This document shows positions 1-12,800 of a DNA stretch of 64,000 nucleotides, piece by piece. Source of the stretch: Vicugna vicugna (Eukaryota); contig MU058198.1 of the NCBI GenBank assembly GCA_013265495.1, positions 6,401,779-6,465,778 on the forward strand, in the 5' to 3' direction. The notes beneath the pieces were generated by a model, which saw nothing but the letters and a program-made list of their open reading frames with translations, did no database searches and was not told the DNA's origin. A program made the translations under genes and the position numbers. The stretch's first letter is position 1. Every line of letters begins with the position of its first letter.

Positions 1-849
1 TCACTTAGTAGATGATGAAGAAATGATAGCTCCCTGGCCTATTCCTCCCACTGGCCTGGGCCACTGCCATGGGGACCCCTCCACTCTGTCTGGTTCCCCA
101 CTCTGGCCTCAGGCTCCCGAGCTGTCAAACAGGGGCATTGGTCTTGGCTGTGATCAGGGAGGCCGTTGCCAATACCCCCCGGGGAGGTCATGTGTTCTCC
201 GCTCTCCCAGATGGGTATGTATGTGTGTGTCAAACGTACAGGCTGTGTCCCGAGGCTGGCAGCCGTGTAGAAGTAGTGTAGGGCAGAAGATCTGGAGCAG
301 TCACAGGGACAGCCCAGGGAATTCTCACTGTCCGCCAGCCCCCTTGTACCTGCCTAGACCATCCCCCAACCCCAGGGCCAGCACTGCGGGGCAGGAGTGC
401 TCAGGAAGAGCCCCCTCTGTGTCAGATGCAGCAGGAGAGGGCTGACCAGCAGGCTGCCACCGCACCTGGGCTCGCGTCCCCACTCTCCCGTGACACTGGG
501 CAAGTCTCAGTTCCTCTCTGAGCATCTCCATGTTTCTGTCCAAAAGTGAGAAGAACCAGCCACCTCTCACAGGGGCCAGTTTCCGGGGAGAGCATTGAGG
601 GACCTGGGGAGATGCCTAGGCCTAGCCTGGGACCGTCTACTCTCCTGACACTTGCCTCATGTCTATACCTGGCCCGTGTGCCTGATGCTTCGCTCAGGCT
701 CTCCCCAACTTTTCTGATCAAGTATCAGCTAAACCCCCAATCACCCCAACTGCTCCTGACCTGCCAGAGCCAGGTCTCCTGCACTATGGGTTACACACCC
801 CAACAGCTCAAAGGAGCTCGTATCAATAACAACCCAAAGGACCACTGTT

Positions 850-1005
850 CACTGAGCAACTACTGCAACCCAGGCTTGAAGCTGAACAGTCTACATCCAT
901 TGTCTTATGTGGTCCTTCAACAACTGAACGTGTACTAACTCCACTTTATAGCTGAGGACTGAGGACCAGAGAGCCTAAGTGATGTGCCTGAGGTCACACA
1001 GCTGG
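850..1005 (-). mobile_element. MIR SINE
   Basis: GAGGACTGAGGACCAGAGAG...GTGCCTGAGGTCACACAGCT core. Confidence 0.65.
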
Positions 1006-1441
1006 GCTGACTGACTTGTGCTTAGAAGCACAAGAGAGAGAAATCAGCCTACCTACATGTGTAGCATCACTTTGGAATAGTGAAACTAATTCTATGACAT
1101 AGAATTGAGGGGTTTTTTTTCATTTCCCCTCCAGTTTTATTGAGGTACTGGCATTGTTATTATTTTAAATTACTTTGGGGTTGGGAGTGGAGGGGCTTGG
1201 CACTACACTTTTTCCAGCAAGGACAGATGGACTCTGGAGTTCCACGAAGCTCGCGGACTCCCACCTCTCTGGCTGCCACGGCACCTCCAGAGGGGCCTGG
1301 GACTGGGAGGGAAAAGACAGAGGGCGGGGTTCCCAGGAAGGCCCAGCCCCCTTGCACTGTTGCCCCGTCCTAACACCTGAGGCTGTGGTCTCTGGGGTGG
1401 GTCTAGCTGGAGGAGTCCTAGGTTAGCCATAAATGCTCATG

Positions 1442-1456
1442 TTGCCACCTAGTGGG
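1442..1456 (-). promoter_or_regulatory. CTCF-like motif CCACTAGGTGGCA
   Basis: Near-perfect match to the CTCF core CCASYAGRKGGCR; YY1-like CGCCATCTT follows at 1480-1488. Confidence 0.6.
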
Positions 1457-4400
1457 CATGGGTAGTACACGCAGCTGCTCGCCATCTTTTAAATATCCTT
1501 TGTGTCTGGGGGAAATTCTCATGCAGTAAGTCCATCCCTTAATGGCAATATTCACGTCCTTCCCGTCAGATGCGCCCACATGGGATTCCAATTTGGAAGA
1601 GTCAAGTCACTTCCTGGAGTAGGAGGCAGAGCGTGGTGGGAGACATGGAGATTTTATAAGCAGGCAGAGGTGGGACTGATCAGGGGCTGGAGTTCAGCTC
1701 CAGGGAGTGGAGTTCCAAGCCTGATTTTGGGCTCCCTGGGCAGCCTCCTGTCCCTACCAAGCCCTGCCCGTCAGCACTGAAAGGTGAGAGACTGGATGTG
1801 ATAATGAAGTGCCCCCACCCCAGCCCCAGAGAAGTGAATTCTCTTGGTTCTTCTTATTGTCTCCTCAAGGATGCAAGATCAGCGCTGATCCCAAACTCTG
1901 CCCCTGGGAGGCTGGATAGGTGGGCAGAGGGGCCGGAGAGAGAGAGAAGACGGAACATGAGGCCAGGGGAGGGGACTGTCAACTGTCACCACATCCAAAT
2001 GCTGGATTGAAGACCAGCCAGTGAGCACCAGACCCCTTGGGAACCACATGGGATGAGCCTTCCCGTGGGCAGCATGTTGCCCAAGGACTGACTGGCAGGA
2101 CTGTGGCCCCTCTGTGCTGGAGCCCCGGCTCTGCCTCACTGTGACATCACCCCTTGTTGCCAACTCCCTTTTCCACAGTCCAGGCCAGGTCACCCAGGAA
2201 GAGCGGTGGGACCCGGATCCAGGAGGGAAGCCCTAAACCCCAGGACCTGGGTAGACTGGAGGGAGGCCACCGAGGGTCACCAGAGCTGGGTACCCAGGGT
2301 AGGGGGAGGGAAACTACGGCTTAAGAACAGGGCCCCAGGCCTGCCCGAGGCAACAGGCCACCCCCAGACTGGGAGGGCTGGGGCGGCAGGGGCGGCAGGG
2401 GCAGCTCCACCACCCACTTACCTGCTGTGGCACCTAACAGTGCTGCAGTGTTAAGCCCACTCACTCTGATTTTCTCCTCTGCTGACAGGAAGGTGGAGGC
2501 TTCAGGAACCAGTGACCACTTTAATGAATACTTCACCTACTGTGTCCTGGTGGGGGATGGTGAAAGCCAGATGTCACAGGCAGGGGTGTGGCACACAGAA
2601 ACACTTAGCCTCAGATACAGGATTGAGTGGGTTTTGGATATTCAGTCCTCAGGGGGCCATGGCCATCTAACAGTGTTCTTTTGGTCTGCGGACCCAAAGT
2701 CCAAAACAAGAGCAGGGTTGCCCTCCCCTAACCCTGTAAAGACACAAGCTGCCTGCATCGAAAGCCGTCTTGGAAAGAGGAGGGATGGGGGGAAGGGAGA
2801 TCTCTTGAGACAGGACAGTTTCAATGGGGAGTCTGACAAATCCACCATGGACAGCTGTGCAGGTTGCTTACCGTCGAAGAAGGCCTGGCTGAGGGAGCAA
2901 GTGTGGGTTGAAAGCCCACATCCCACTCTCCTGGTATAGAGCTGCACCTGCTTGGAGGAAGAGCTGCCTTTAGAAATTCTTACACAACTTGTCTAAAGTT
3001 TCAACTTGAACTGACTCTTTTATCCAGAAGAGCCTGTTTTAAATCTGGAGAGAATGATTTCTCTTTAATGAGCTAATTTTTTTTAAAATGCATTTTTCTT
3101 GCCACCAGTTTTCCAGAGTGAAATGACTGTCTCTAGAAACAGATCCATTTTATGCACGTCTGAGTCGGGTCAGAGCACAGAGTACATTTTGTCCACCACC
3201 CTACACATGGGCGTGTGCATGCGCGCACACACACACACTCATAATTATGATGATGTAAAGGACATGACACGTAGAATCCACCCCTCCCTTTCTGGAGGGC
3301 AAGACCCACGGGTATCCACCCATCAGGCCTAGTCCAGGACCCAGTACCTGTCACAGAGCAGACCCTCAGTAAATGTCTGGTGACAGACTGGCAGACTGAA
3401 CAGGTGAGTGAGGCCTGTGATAACGTGTGTCTGAGCTGAGGATGGCTCAGACACACATCATCATATGAAGGGAAGCCTGCACAGCTGGCCTTTGATTCCA
3501 CAGCCCCTGTGCACAGGGAAACTCCAAGGAGCCTTGTATTCAAGGATGGGCCAGGGTGCCCACCTGGGTCACCGATACAAACTGGACTCTGCAAACAGCT
3601 CTCAAAGCCCACAGGGAAGCGGAACCAACTAGGTGTGGAGCCCACTGTGCACCAGAAGCAGGCCTGCTCCTCACATGCACAGGCTCTGAAAACAGAAAGG
3701 GCCAGGATGCAGCACACACAGCGTATCCGGGCCCACGGGGACCCGGCCTCCCGGCTCTCAGCTTCCCGCTCTCCCCACAGCCAGCTCGGGCTCTGGGCCG
3801 CCTCCAGCAGCTCCACCCACAGAGTACCTCCACTCGGGCTCGTCAGGAAGCCATCGCAGTTCTGGCAGGAAACAGAACATGGAATCCTGCGAGCCTGGTT
3901 TCCTGCCCTGCCACTTCCAGCTGTGTGACCTTGGGTGAGCCACGAAACCTGAGACTCAATATCCTTCAGGTTCAAGGGGAACAGTGACAAATGACTGACA
4001 TGTGCACAGAAACTTCCCAGGCCAACGTTTCGCTGGTGAGGCTGCGCAAAGGCTGACTCCTCATGAGCCCTGGCAGACTCTGGAGCCACACAAACCTAAA
4101 ACTGGACCCCAGCTTTGCCAATGGCCTGCTGTGTAGCCTCGGGCAAGTCACTTCTGAGTCTCAATCATCTCATCTGTAAGCATTTGCTCTGAAATCAGGG
4201 GAATCTTAAGGGAGTGGTGTGGGTGACTGCAGAAGGCAGGCACCTGGAAGGCAGTGGTGGCTTGTCTCCTCCTGCAGCGGAGGAGGTGGGAACCGGTTTT
4301 GGAAATGCCACAGTGCAGATCAGGAATGTGACGAAAGCCCCTAGTTTCCTCAGGGCTCCTGGCCCCGCCCCAGGCGGGCTCAGCAGGGGGAAAAGATTGA

Positions 4401-6199
4401 GATGCTGGGCACATCCTTCTCCGGAGTCTGAATCACTTCTACTCCAGTGCCCTTCAGAGGCTGGAAGCAAGGTCGCTGCGACTCCGGGGGAATCCGAAGT
4501 CATGGATTTGAGCAGGGAGAGCCGGGGGGTGGGGGCATGGGCTGGTCGCAGCCTCCTGACCTCAGGCCACGTGGGTATTAAGCCTTCCTCAGGGCTCCAA
4601 GAATGACAACAGTAACCGTCCTGGCTTTTCCGGAAGAAGCTGCACCTCCAGGCCAGTTTGGATGAGTCTCTGGCCTCAGGCCACGTCTAATTTCAGACAC
4701 TATCGTGGGCCTGAGAGATGAGGACACAGGTTACGTTCCGCAACGTTCAAGGGGCCCACTGGCCCCAGTCATGGTTTAGACTGGGGTCTCTGGGGGTCTG
4801 TGACCCACCGAAAGTTGTGTACATGCGGAGAGGCTGAAGAGGGCAGAGCCCTGCCATACGTGTAACATCGTCTGATTCACCCTGAGAGGTGAGTGGGTGG
4901 GTGTATGTGCATAAGCAGAGAAAGGTCTGGAAGCCCACCTGAGTCATTAAATGATTTGAGATTTTTAGTTTCTTCTTTTTATCAGAAAGAAACATGTATT
5001 ATTTATATCATAAAGAGACAAAAAGCAAAGTGTTTTTTGGTTTTGGTTTTTTTTTTTTTTGCAAACACTGCCCTTTTATCTGAGACTTATAAGTAGGGGT
5101 GCCAGGACCAGTGATCCGCAGCTGCCAAATGCCAAAAAATTATTCCTCCAAAATCTCTTGATGGTGATTCCGCACACAGAGCAATCAGGCTGCCCTACGT
5201 GTGCCATTTTTTAAAGTTTATTATTAAAAGGAGAATATACCTGTTGCCAAACTGCCCACCTATGTCAGCCCTGTGGAGCTGCTGAATGTGTTTAAATAAT
5301 TGATTTTCCGCCACTCTTGCCCCCCGCAGCTGGCACCACACAAGATTCTCAGCTTAGACCCAGGAGGCCATATATCCCATGTCTGCGGTGAAACCGACCG
5401 CCCCATCAAGGGCCTGAGCCAATTAACATGGCTTTTAAAAGATGTTTCCAAATGATGCAGACAGGGAAGAGCAGAAAAGGGAATCCCTGAGCTAAAGAAA
5501 CCCTACATTGGAGAGCCGTTTACTCAAGTGCTTTTCCCCAAGGAGCCCTAAAAGTAAGGCCAGGAGTGTTGAGCAGATATGAAGGATGTGGCTTCATTAT
5601 GTTCAAAATCAGAAAAGAGGCCTCAGTGTGACCCCAGGGAAAAACCCACTTGGATAGATCTGGAAAATTCTCACACTCAATATTGGGGGCACCTGCTGCA
5701 GGCCCGGCCCAGTCCTACACTGAGTGCTGGGGACACAGACGCTCCCCTGTCTTCCAGGAGATCTCATTCCGGTGGGGGACACAGGTGCCATGGGGCCAGT
5801 AAGGAAGCCTCACCGTCAAGGGGTGTGCATGAGAGCTTCCGAGGAGAGGAGGACCTGGAGGACGACAGCCAGCTAAGGTCCAGAGGGTCAGGGAAGACCC
5901 CAGCTTTCCCCCAAGAGCTGGTGGAGAGGTGACCCAAATTAGTCAAAATGCTTGCTGGGACGAATATGACATTGCCTGTCATCTGTTTGTCTCAGTGCTT
6001 GGGACCAGCTCAGAGCCAATCCCTCTGCAGGAGCCAGGCTGCTGCGTGTGAATCTAGAAGGAAGGACACCAGGGGTCACCTGTCCTCCATGACACAAGCC
6101 TCACAGGGGCAGTTTCCCTTCCAGGATTTGGGAGAACTGAAGTTCCAGCGCACACCTGTTGTCCCAGAATTACTGCTAATGGTGTCTCTTTCTACCGTC

Positions 6200-6610
6200 A
6201 CTACCCATTTCTCCACCCAAGCTTCACGGCAATCTTCAAATGTCTGCAGTCAGCATGCCAGCCTTAAGACGCCGTCACACCTGCGTCTTCACCCTTTCCA
6301 CACCACTTGCCCACGGGCGAGCTCCTCCCCATCCTTCAGGGACCTGCTCAGATGATCGTAACCAGCAGTGAAGGCACCCCTTCTCCCGGCCCTCCCCTAG
6401 TTCCCTCTACAACCCTGTGTCCATTTGCTGGACTCCTAACCCCCATCACGGTACTTAGCACTTAGATTCTGCAAAGGTCTGCCTGCCTGCCTCCTCACTG
6501 GTCTGTGAACTCCTTGCAGACACAGGCTGTGTCTTATTAATCTCCAAATCCTTCACTCGCAGGCCAGTCTCTGGCTCACAGAGGCACTCAGTAACTTGGG
6601 TAAATTGCTG
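6200..6610 (+). mobile_element. L2 LINE 3' fragment
   Basis: CTGTGAACTCCTTG...GGCTGTGTCTTATT...CTGGCTCACAGAGGCACTCAGTAA. Confidence 0.6.
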
Positions 6611-6929
6611 AGCCACCATCAATCATGGCTCCTGTCAAGGCTCAAGGAACCAACTGGAACTATAAGCTCTCTCCTTTGCCCAGTTCCAGCCACCCTGCAG
6701 CGGGGTCAGTCTGGGACAATGATGCTCCTCAGAAGTGTTAGGCCGCCACCAACCAGCCAAGAGGCCCTGGGGCTCAGAGTTCTGGGGACCCACAAAACTA
6801 GGGGCTGATTTGGTCAAATGGTCCCAGCGGAGCCTTACAGCTCAGGCATTTTGCAGCTCTGAAGTCTCTAAATTTTATCCTTCTTCTGAATAGAAATTGG
6901 GCCCCAGTGATATCACAAGCCTCAAAAAT

Positions 6930-7375
6930 GTGTGACCCAGCAATTTCACGTACAGGAACTGGACCTATGGAAATAATCAGACGAGCACCAAGATTTATGT
7001 AGAAGGATGCTCACTGCAGCCTCATTTGTAATAAGAAAAATTATAAACAAACCACGGTACAGCCATATGATAGAATACCATCTGCTGTTAAAAATAATGT
7101 TTTCACAGAATTACGTAATGAGAAAAATGGTCATGTTAGGTACATTTTTGGAAGACTACAAAAACAGAAACTCAGTGTGTAAAGAAAAAAAAAAGGAAAT
7201 GGAAAACCATACATATTTGCACACATATAGGGAAATCTGAGAAGAAAATTCACCAAAATATTAATTGGTTTTCTCTGGGAACTGGGATTAGCTCCCCCCG
7301 CCCCACTGCCAGTTTTCTGCATTTTCCACATATTCTTCTACATTTTATAGTCGAAGAAAAAAAAGAGCTGTTAAA
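6930..7375 (+). mobile_element. L1ME-like 3' fragment
   Basis: TGACCCAGCAATTTCAC motif and A-rich composition. Confidence 0.6.
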
Positions 7376-9114
7376 AAAGTCAGTCCTCATTGCATGAGGC
7401 CAATGGTAGGCAGTGGAGGAAAATACTGGAAATCGCAGATAAATTGAAGATAAATGTTTCACCAGATCCCTTCCTTCCCAAAGCCACTGACTGCGCCTTT
7501 CTTTGCAGGATGCAAATGATATAACCTAGGGAGGAAGCTGGACAGGGGGACCAGAATGGAGCTAGGACAGCTTCCTTGCACACAAAGGTGGCTGAAAAAC
7601 TTCCCAGCCATTATCTGTCCCCAGCTGAGACTGACCTAAAGTCTCCCTCTGGTCCATCTCTAGGCTTCCCGTATCCCCGTCCTCAGCATGTAAGGGCTGT
7701 TTCTGGATTTGCCAAGGGCTTGAGAACTCATCCAATTCCACCATGCTTCTTTGAGGCCTGCTCTGTGCCAGCCCCTACATGGGGCACTGCAGTCAAGAGG
7801 AATCGGATCAGAAATCTGACTCCATCCCAGGGGTGGGACCCTTCCTGCAGGTCACCCAGCCTCTTAATGCCCACCTCCAAGGACTGGGAGCTCAACACAG
7901 TCCATACAGCTGCACTGTGCCCATCAGTCTTTGAGAAAAATCCTCCATCCCAGCCCACCTTAGTCCTCAAGGCCTTTCCCCTACCATCCCAAGTCCTGCC
8001 TGTGTTCTGTCCAAGGGTAGGATTCACAGGTGACAAAACCCATCTCCCTCACCCACTCCACCTCTAGGCACTCAAAAAGCCCTTTCATAATCTCAGGCAT
8101 TGAGAGTGCTCCTGGCCTTCCCTAGCAGGCAGGTGAGGCAGTATTTACAGCCTGGGAATAATTGGATGTTAATTTCCTTCTATAGAAGAGCGACTGAAGT
8201 TTCAATTTCCTCCTCTATGAACTCTTTAGTGAGACTAGCTGCAGCTGGGAGGCTGTGATTGATACGGAGCAAGGGCTGTGCGCACACACACCCCACCTCA
8301 CATGTTGCTCAGACTCAGCCCAGGTCCCCATTCCCACCCAAAGTGATTCTTGTACAGAATGATCTCAGAAGTAGAAGCCCTCGGCCCCCAACTCCCTTCC
8401 TCCCCTGATCTAGCTAATGGCCATCCTCCCCTTCACAGAACACACCCTTACCCTCATTTTCAGGTGAGCGAACCTCCTGGCATGGTATTCATTAGAAGCT
8501 ACCCAGTCCTGTCTGTCCAGTCCCTGTGACACCTAAAGCAGGAGGAACTGCTGATCCATTTTCCCAGAAACTTCGAGGACAAGTCCATTTCCACACATGA
8601 ACAGCTGACCAAGGCCAAACCAGTGAGCCCTGAGTCCCACCTACTCCCCCCGCTGGCTATACCATCTCCCCTCCCCTCTCCAACCACCACTCTCAGATAA
8701 TCTTCATCAAGAGAACTCCACGTCCCGGCCATCCTCAGGCGAGATGCTGGTCCATCGAGGGGTCCATTCTCTGGGAGGGGAAGGAGCAGGAGCCCACGTT
8801 TTGAGGAGCAGGAGGGTGGACACCACCTGGTTCCACACCCACCTCCACCACTATGCCAACTGTCAGTTAAGACCAAGTCCCCTACCCTCCCTGAACAGAA
8901 GAAACGGGACCCTGCATCTTCTCAGGGTGAAAGACATTATCTAGAAGAGGACGGGACATCACCAGACACCACCCAAGTCAATCCTCCCCTGGCAGGCTCT
9001 TCCAGGGCACAGCCCTCTCCCTCACTGCCCTGCTCCCCACTAGGAGGGTCCCCTTCACTTGGATGCTGGCCCTGGAGGAAGCTGTGAGTGGGAAAAAAAC
9101 CTCCCTAACCAGCA

Positions 9115-9705
9115 TTTATATAACAACAACATAAGCATTTTATTTTTTCATTAAGCTTCTTAGTTTCTTGGTATCACAATGGAATGATGAGAAAACAAGA
9201 ACAAAAAAACCCAAAAAACAAAAAAAACCCACGAGTCTGCAAATCTCCGACAAAGAGCAGAGACTTCAAGGCAATTGAGGGGGGAAGAGGGGAGAGGCTT
9301 GACAGAAGTGCCAAACAGTTCCAACATCATGCCTCTCCTGAGCCGGCTGGGCCGGGGAGGGGTGGGGAGGTGGAATGGTGAGAAGGTGGCACCGTCACAG
9401 CTGTCCTTGGCATTTCGGCCTCATGACTGACACACGCATGGTCGGCACAGACCACCCCACGGGGTTTCCCGGTGCCTCCCTGGTACCTGGCTGCGTGACC
9501 CCTGCCTGCTCCAAACGCCCCGGGCACTCCAACCAGTGCTGGACACCCTGGAGCCAGCTCTGCTGGGCAGGTGGCAGGAGAGGAGCATGGAGGAGGGCGG
9601 GGGCAGGCCACACTGCTTCGGCCTGGCTGGGAGACGCCTGTGGCAGCAGGTGCAGGTGGTGCAGTGGCGGGAGCTGGCGTCCCTCGGGCGGTGAGCAGGC
9701 TGTGC
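9115..9705 (-). other. XPO6: XPO6 3'UTR (end approximate)
   Basis: Lies between the stop codon and the AATAAA at 9144-9139; contains C-rich and U/GU-rich tracts on the mRNA strand. Confidence 0.8.
9139..9144 (-). terminator. Polyadenylation signal AATAAA of XPO6
   Basis: Reads tttatt on +. U-rich upstream tract at 9190-9230 and GU/U-rich sequence downstream on the minus strand. Confidence 0.85.
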
Positions 9706-9807
9706 CTAGAGCTTCACGGTGCCAGGGGGCAGGCTGTCGTTGCAGAGTCTGTAGTAACGCAGGTCGTTGACCAGCCTGTGCACATTCTGGGTGAACGAGG
9801 GCAGGTC
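9706..9807 (-). CDS. XPO6: XPO6 last coding exon (DLPSFTQNVHRLVNDLRYYRLCNDSLPPGTVKL*)
   Basis: Acceptor ccttccag|GAC; TAG stop at 9708-9706. Confidence 0.96.
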   Translation of the reverse strand, partial: DLPSFTQNVHRLVNDLRYYRLCNDSLPPGTVKL

Positions 9808-12800
9808 CTGGAAGGCAGGGGCACAGCTGCAGCCCAGCCCCACCCAACACCCCAAATCACCCCCACCCCCCAGCCACTTCTACCCCACAGCGCACCCTGG
9901 AGATCTGCATTTTACAAAACTCGAAACTTCTACTCACTCTTGCCCCATTGTGTCAGTAAAGGCACGGTGGGAGAAGGAACAACAGCTAATGCTCCCCGAG
10001 AGCCCACCACGTGCCAGGCCCCGTCCCAAGCAACTCAGGTACAAACTCATCTAATCCTCACACCAGCTTGTGATTCAGGCTCATCAGTACCACCATTTTA
10101 AAGGTAAAGAAAGGGAAGCTCGGAGAGATGAAGACTTGGCGGAGGTCACACAGACAGGAAGGGAGGGGATCCAGCCTGGTGTCACCCGTGAGCACTGGTG
10201 TGGCTGCCAACGCACGCCTCCCCCCACCACGGCCAGCCCAGCCACGTCTGCAGCACCTTTTCCACCTAGGGCTCCAGGTACCTGGCCAATCTCTCCTCCG
10301 CTTCAAACTTCAGCTCAAAGCCTGCCCCCTCCAAAAAGGCCATTCGGACATCTATTTCCTGGCCCCAGTGCGCTAGGCTGGCGCCTCTGCTCCAAGGCCC
10401 TGGGCTCACTGTATTTGTGGACGGTGCGTGCAGGCTCTGGAGCCTGCTTCCCAGCTCTATCAGTCCCAAGTTCTGTAACTGTCAACTAACTGCTGACCTT
10501 TCTGAGCCTGGGCTCATCTGTGAAATGGGGTTAACAGGACTGACACTTGAGAAAGCTGTTGGAAAGCACACAAGGTGCTTGGCTCAGTGTGGTCCACAGA
10601 GGGCGCTGTTGCCTGTCTCTCCAGCAAGACTCCTTGAAGGCAGGGAGTGGGGAGCTCTGGACACCTGGCGCAAGGCCAGAGAGGCAGCCAACTTCAGATA
10701 CACAGTGGATGAATGAGTGAAGGTGCTGATTTCTTTACTTATTTCATCCTCAAGAAAACAAACCAAGGGATGTTTTCCTAATCAGTGGCTCCCAAATGCC
10801 AAATTCGAGTTCCTTGAATCGAATACAGGAGTATATTTACGCATTTTTAATAAGCACCCCAGGAGCTCTGATGCATACCTAGATGTGGAAATCACTTTAA
10901 ATCAAGAAGTTGACTTAAAAAAAGGAGGAGGAGGAGGAAGAGGGAGGAGGGAGGAGGAGAAGTTGACTGATATTGATGTAATCAGAAACTGATCATTAAA
11001 TATTAGGATTTGGCCTCCAGGACAAAGATGACAAAATACCCAAGTAGCTGACGTGAACATCAAGCTCAGGAGAAAACAAGATCGATCCAAAGGAGAGAAA
11101 GACTCCAAGTCAAAGGAAGACAGGAGCTGAGTCTGAGAAAGAACTCTCCTGACACATTTAACAGGTGAGACCTGCAAGGAATAAGTAGAGTTTGCTCCAG
11201 CCAGAGCAACATGTAACCCTGAACGCTGAAGTGGAACCGTGGACAGGCTGCTCGTGTGCAGGAGTAGGGTCAGCAACACCAAGAGGACGTGGGAGAAAGA
11301 GAAGATGTCACTGTATCAAGTGTGAGGTGGTGAAAGACAAAAATTATTCTACAGGAGAAGTTCCGGGAAGAGCCTCTCAGGTGAGAAGCAGAGACTTAAC
11401 AGCTGACATAGGAAGGAGGAGGGCAGGTGAGGAATCAGAAAAGAGGCCCTGGGACAGGAGAGGCTGGGTACCACTATACCCAGACACACTAGTAACGATG
11501 GCTTCGTGCGCATCTAGAGACCTCACCAGCCCAGTTCCCACCCAAGGGGCTGCACAGGCAGGACAGCCCCACCTCATCTTCCCCGGGTGGACCGCTGGGG
11601 GCAAGAGCGTGTGTGTTGTGAGGGCTCCTCCCAAGACCCGGCAGCAGGTCAGCCCCTGCAGAGCCTGGCATCTGGAAAGAGTCCAGGGCCCCACCTCCAA
11701 CCCTGGGGACCCAGAGACGCAGTTCCAAGAATCAATCTTCTTTCTCAGCCTGTCCGCAAGTTCAGCTGTAACTGATTCACAACCAATGAGGACACAACAG
11801 CTGGGCCCCAGTCGGAGGTGTGCTCGACAGGGCATAGTGAGTACAAAGAAGCTGAGACTAATCAGATGGACAGCTGGGGCTGGACCTGAGTACCAGTGGC
11901 TGCAACGAAGAACATACGTGCTGCAGAAGCCACCGCTGGGGGAGAGCATGTGCCCCTCAAGCCAGCCACAGCACCGAGTCATCCGGGAGCCACACGAGCT
12001 ACAGTGGAGCCACCACTACCAGGGGCACAACCACGCACAAGGCAGCCTGCCCCTGCCTCACCGAACAAGCGCTGGCTGGAGAGCCCACACCTGCCCTCAC
12101 TTCAGCCTGGCCTCTCTCTCTCCTCACCCGATCCATCTTGAAGTTCCGCCCCAACACATTTTTCTGGTTGGCATCCACACCGTCACAGCTGGTCAGGAAC
12201 TCTGGGAGGAAGGCTGCAAAGAAGCCATCAAAGTCCACAGAGGCCATGTTGTAAATGGCGATGCCAATCTCCTCCTGCAGAAGGTCGTGGGACTTGTGAA
12301 CCAGGACCTGGAGCAGCACGTTCACAAACTGAAACAGCATGGTGGTCCGGAAGATCTTCTGCAGACAGACAGAGACCAGGGTGAGTGACAGCCGGCAGGG
12401 CTCCCGTCATGCTCTGCAGTGCTGACCTGAGAAGGGTGGGACTCAGCCCGGCCCAGGACACCTCTGATGAAGAAACCGATTTCTGAGAGGAGGGGCACTT
12501 ACTTTGTGGTAGAGCTTCTGCTTGGTGTTGAGAGTCTCCAAGTAAAAGAGATTTTGTTTAAATAGGTGGATGTCAGGCTGCAGAAAGGACTGTCCGAAAG
12601 CCTAGGAAATAAGACCACCATTTTGTAAGCAACATTTAAACGCCCTCAGACCCAGCCCTTCTAGGGCACTACCTACGCCCAAGGAACCGACACTCTGCAG
12701 CCAGCTCCTTGGATGCAGGGCGAGGGCTTCTGCTGCCTCGTTCCCCTGGCCTGTCCCCTCAGATCTGTGGAACGCTCCGGAGTAGTCTTAGCTCCTAAGT

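Noticed and set aside
3133..4089. 318-aa minus-strand ORF
   Set aside because: Non-ATG start, runs through MIR/L2 fragments and a CA repeat, no recognisable homology.
11192..12388. 398-aa plus-strand ORF
   Set aside because: Starts at TTG, partly antisense shadow of an XPO6 exon in GC-rich DNA, no recognisable domain.
12359..12502. 144-nt intron, a multiple of 3, as a possible exitron
   Set aside because: In-frame TGA at the 20th codon of the retained intron.
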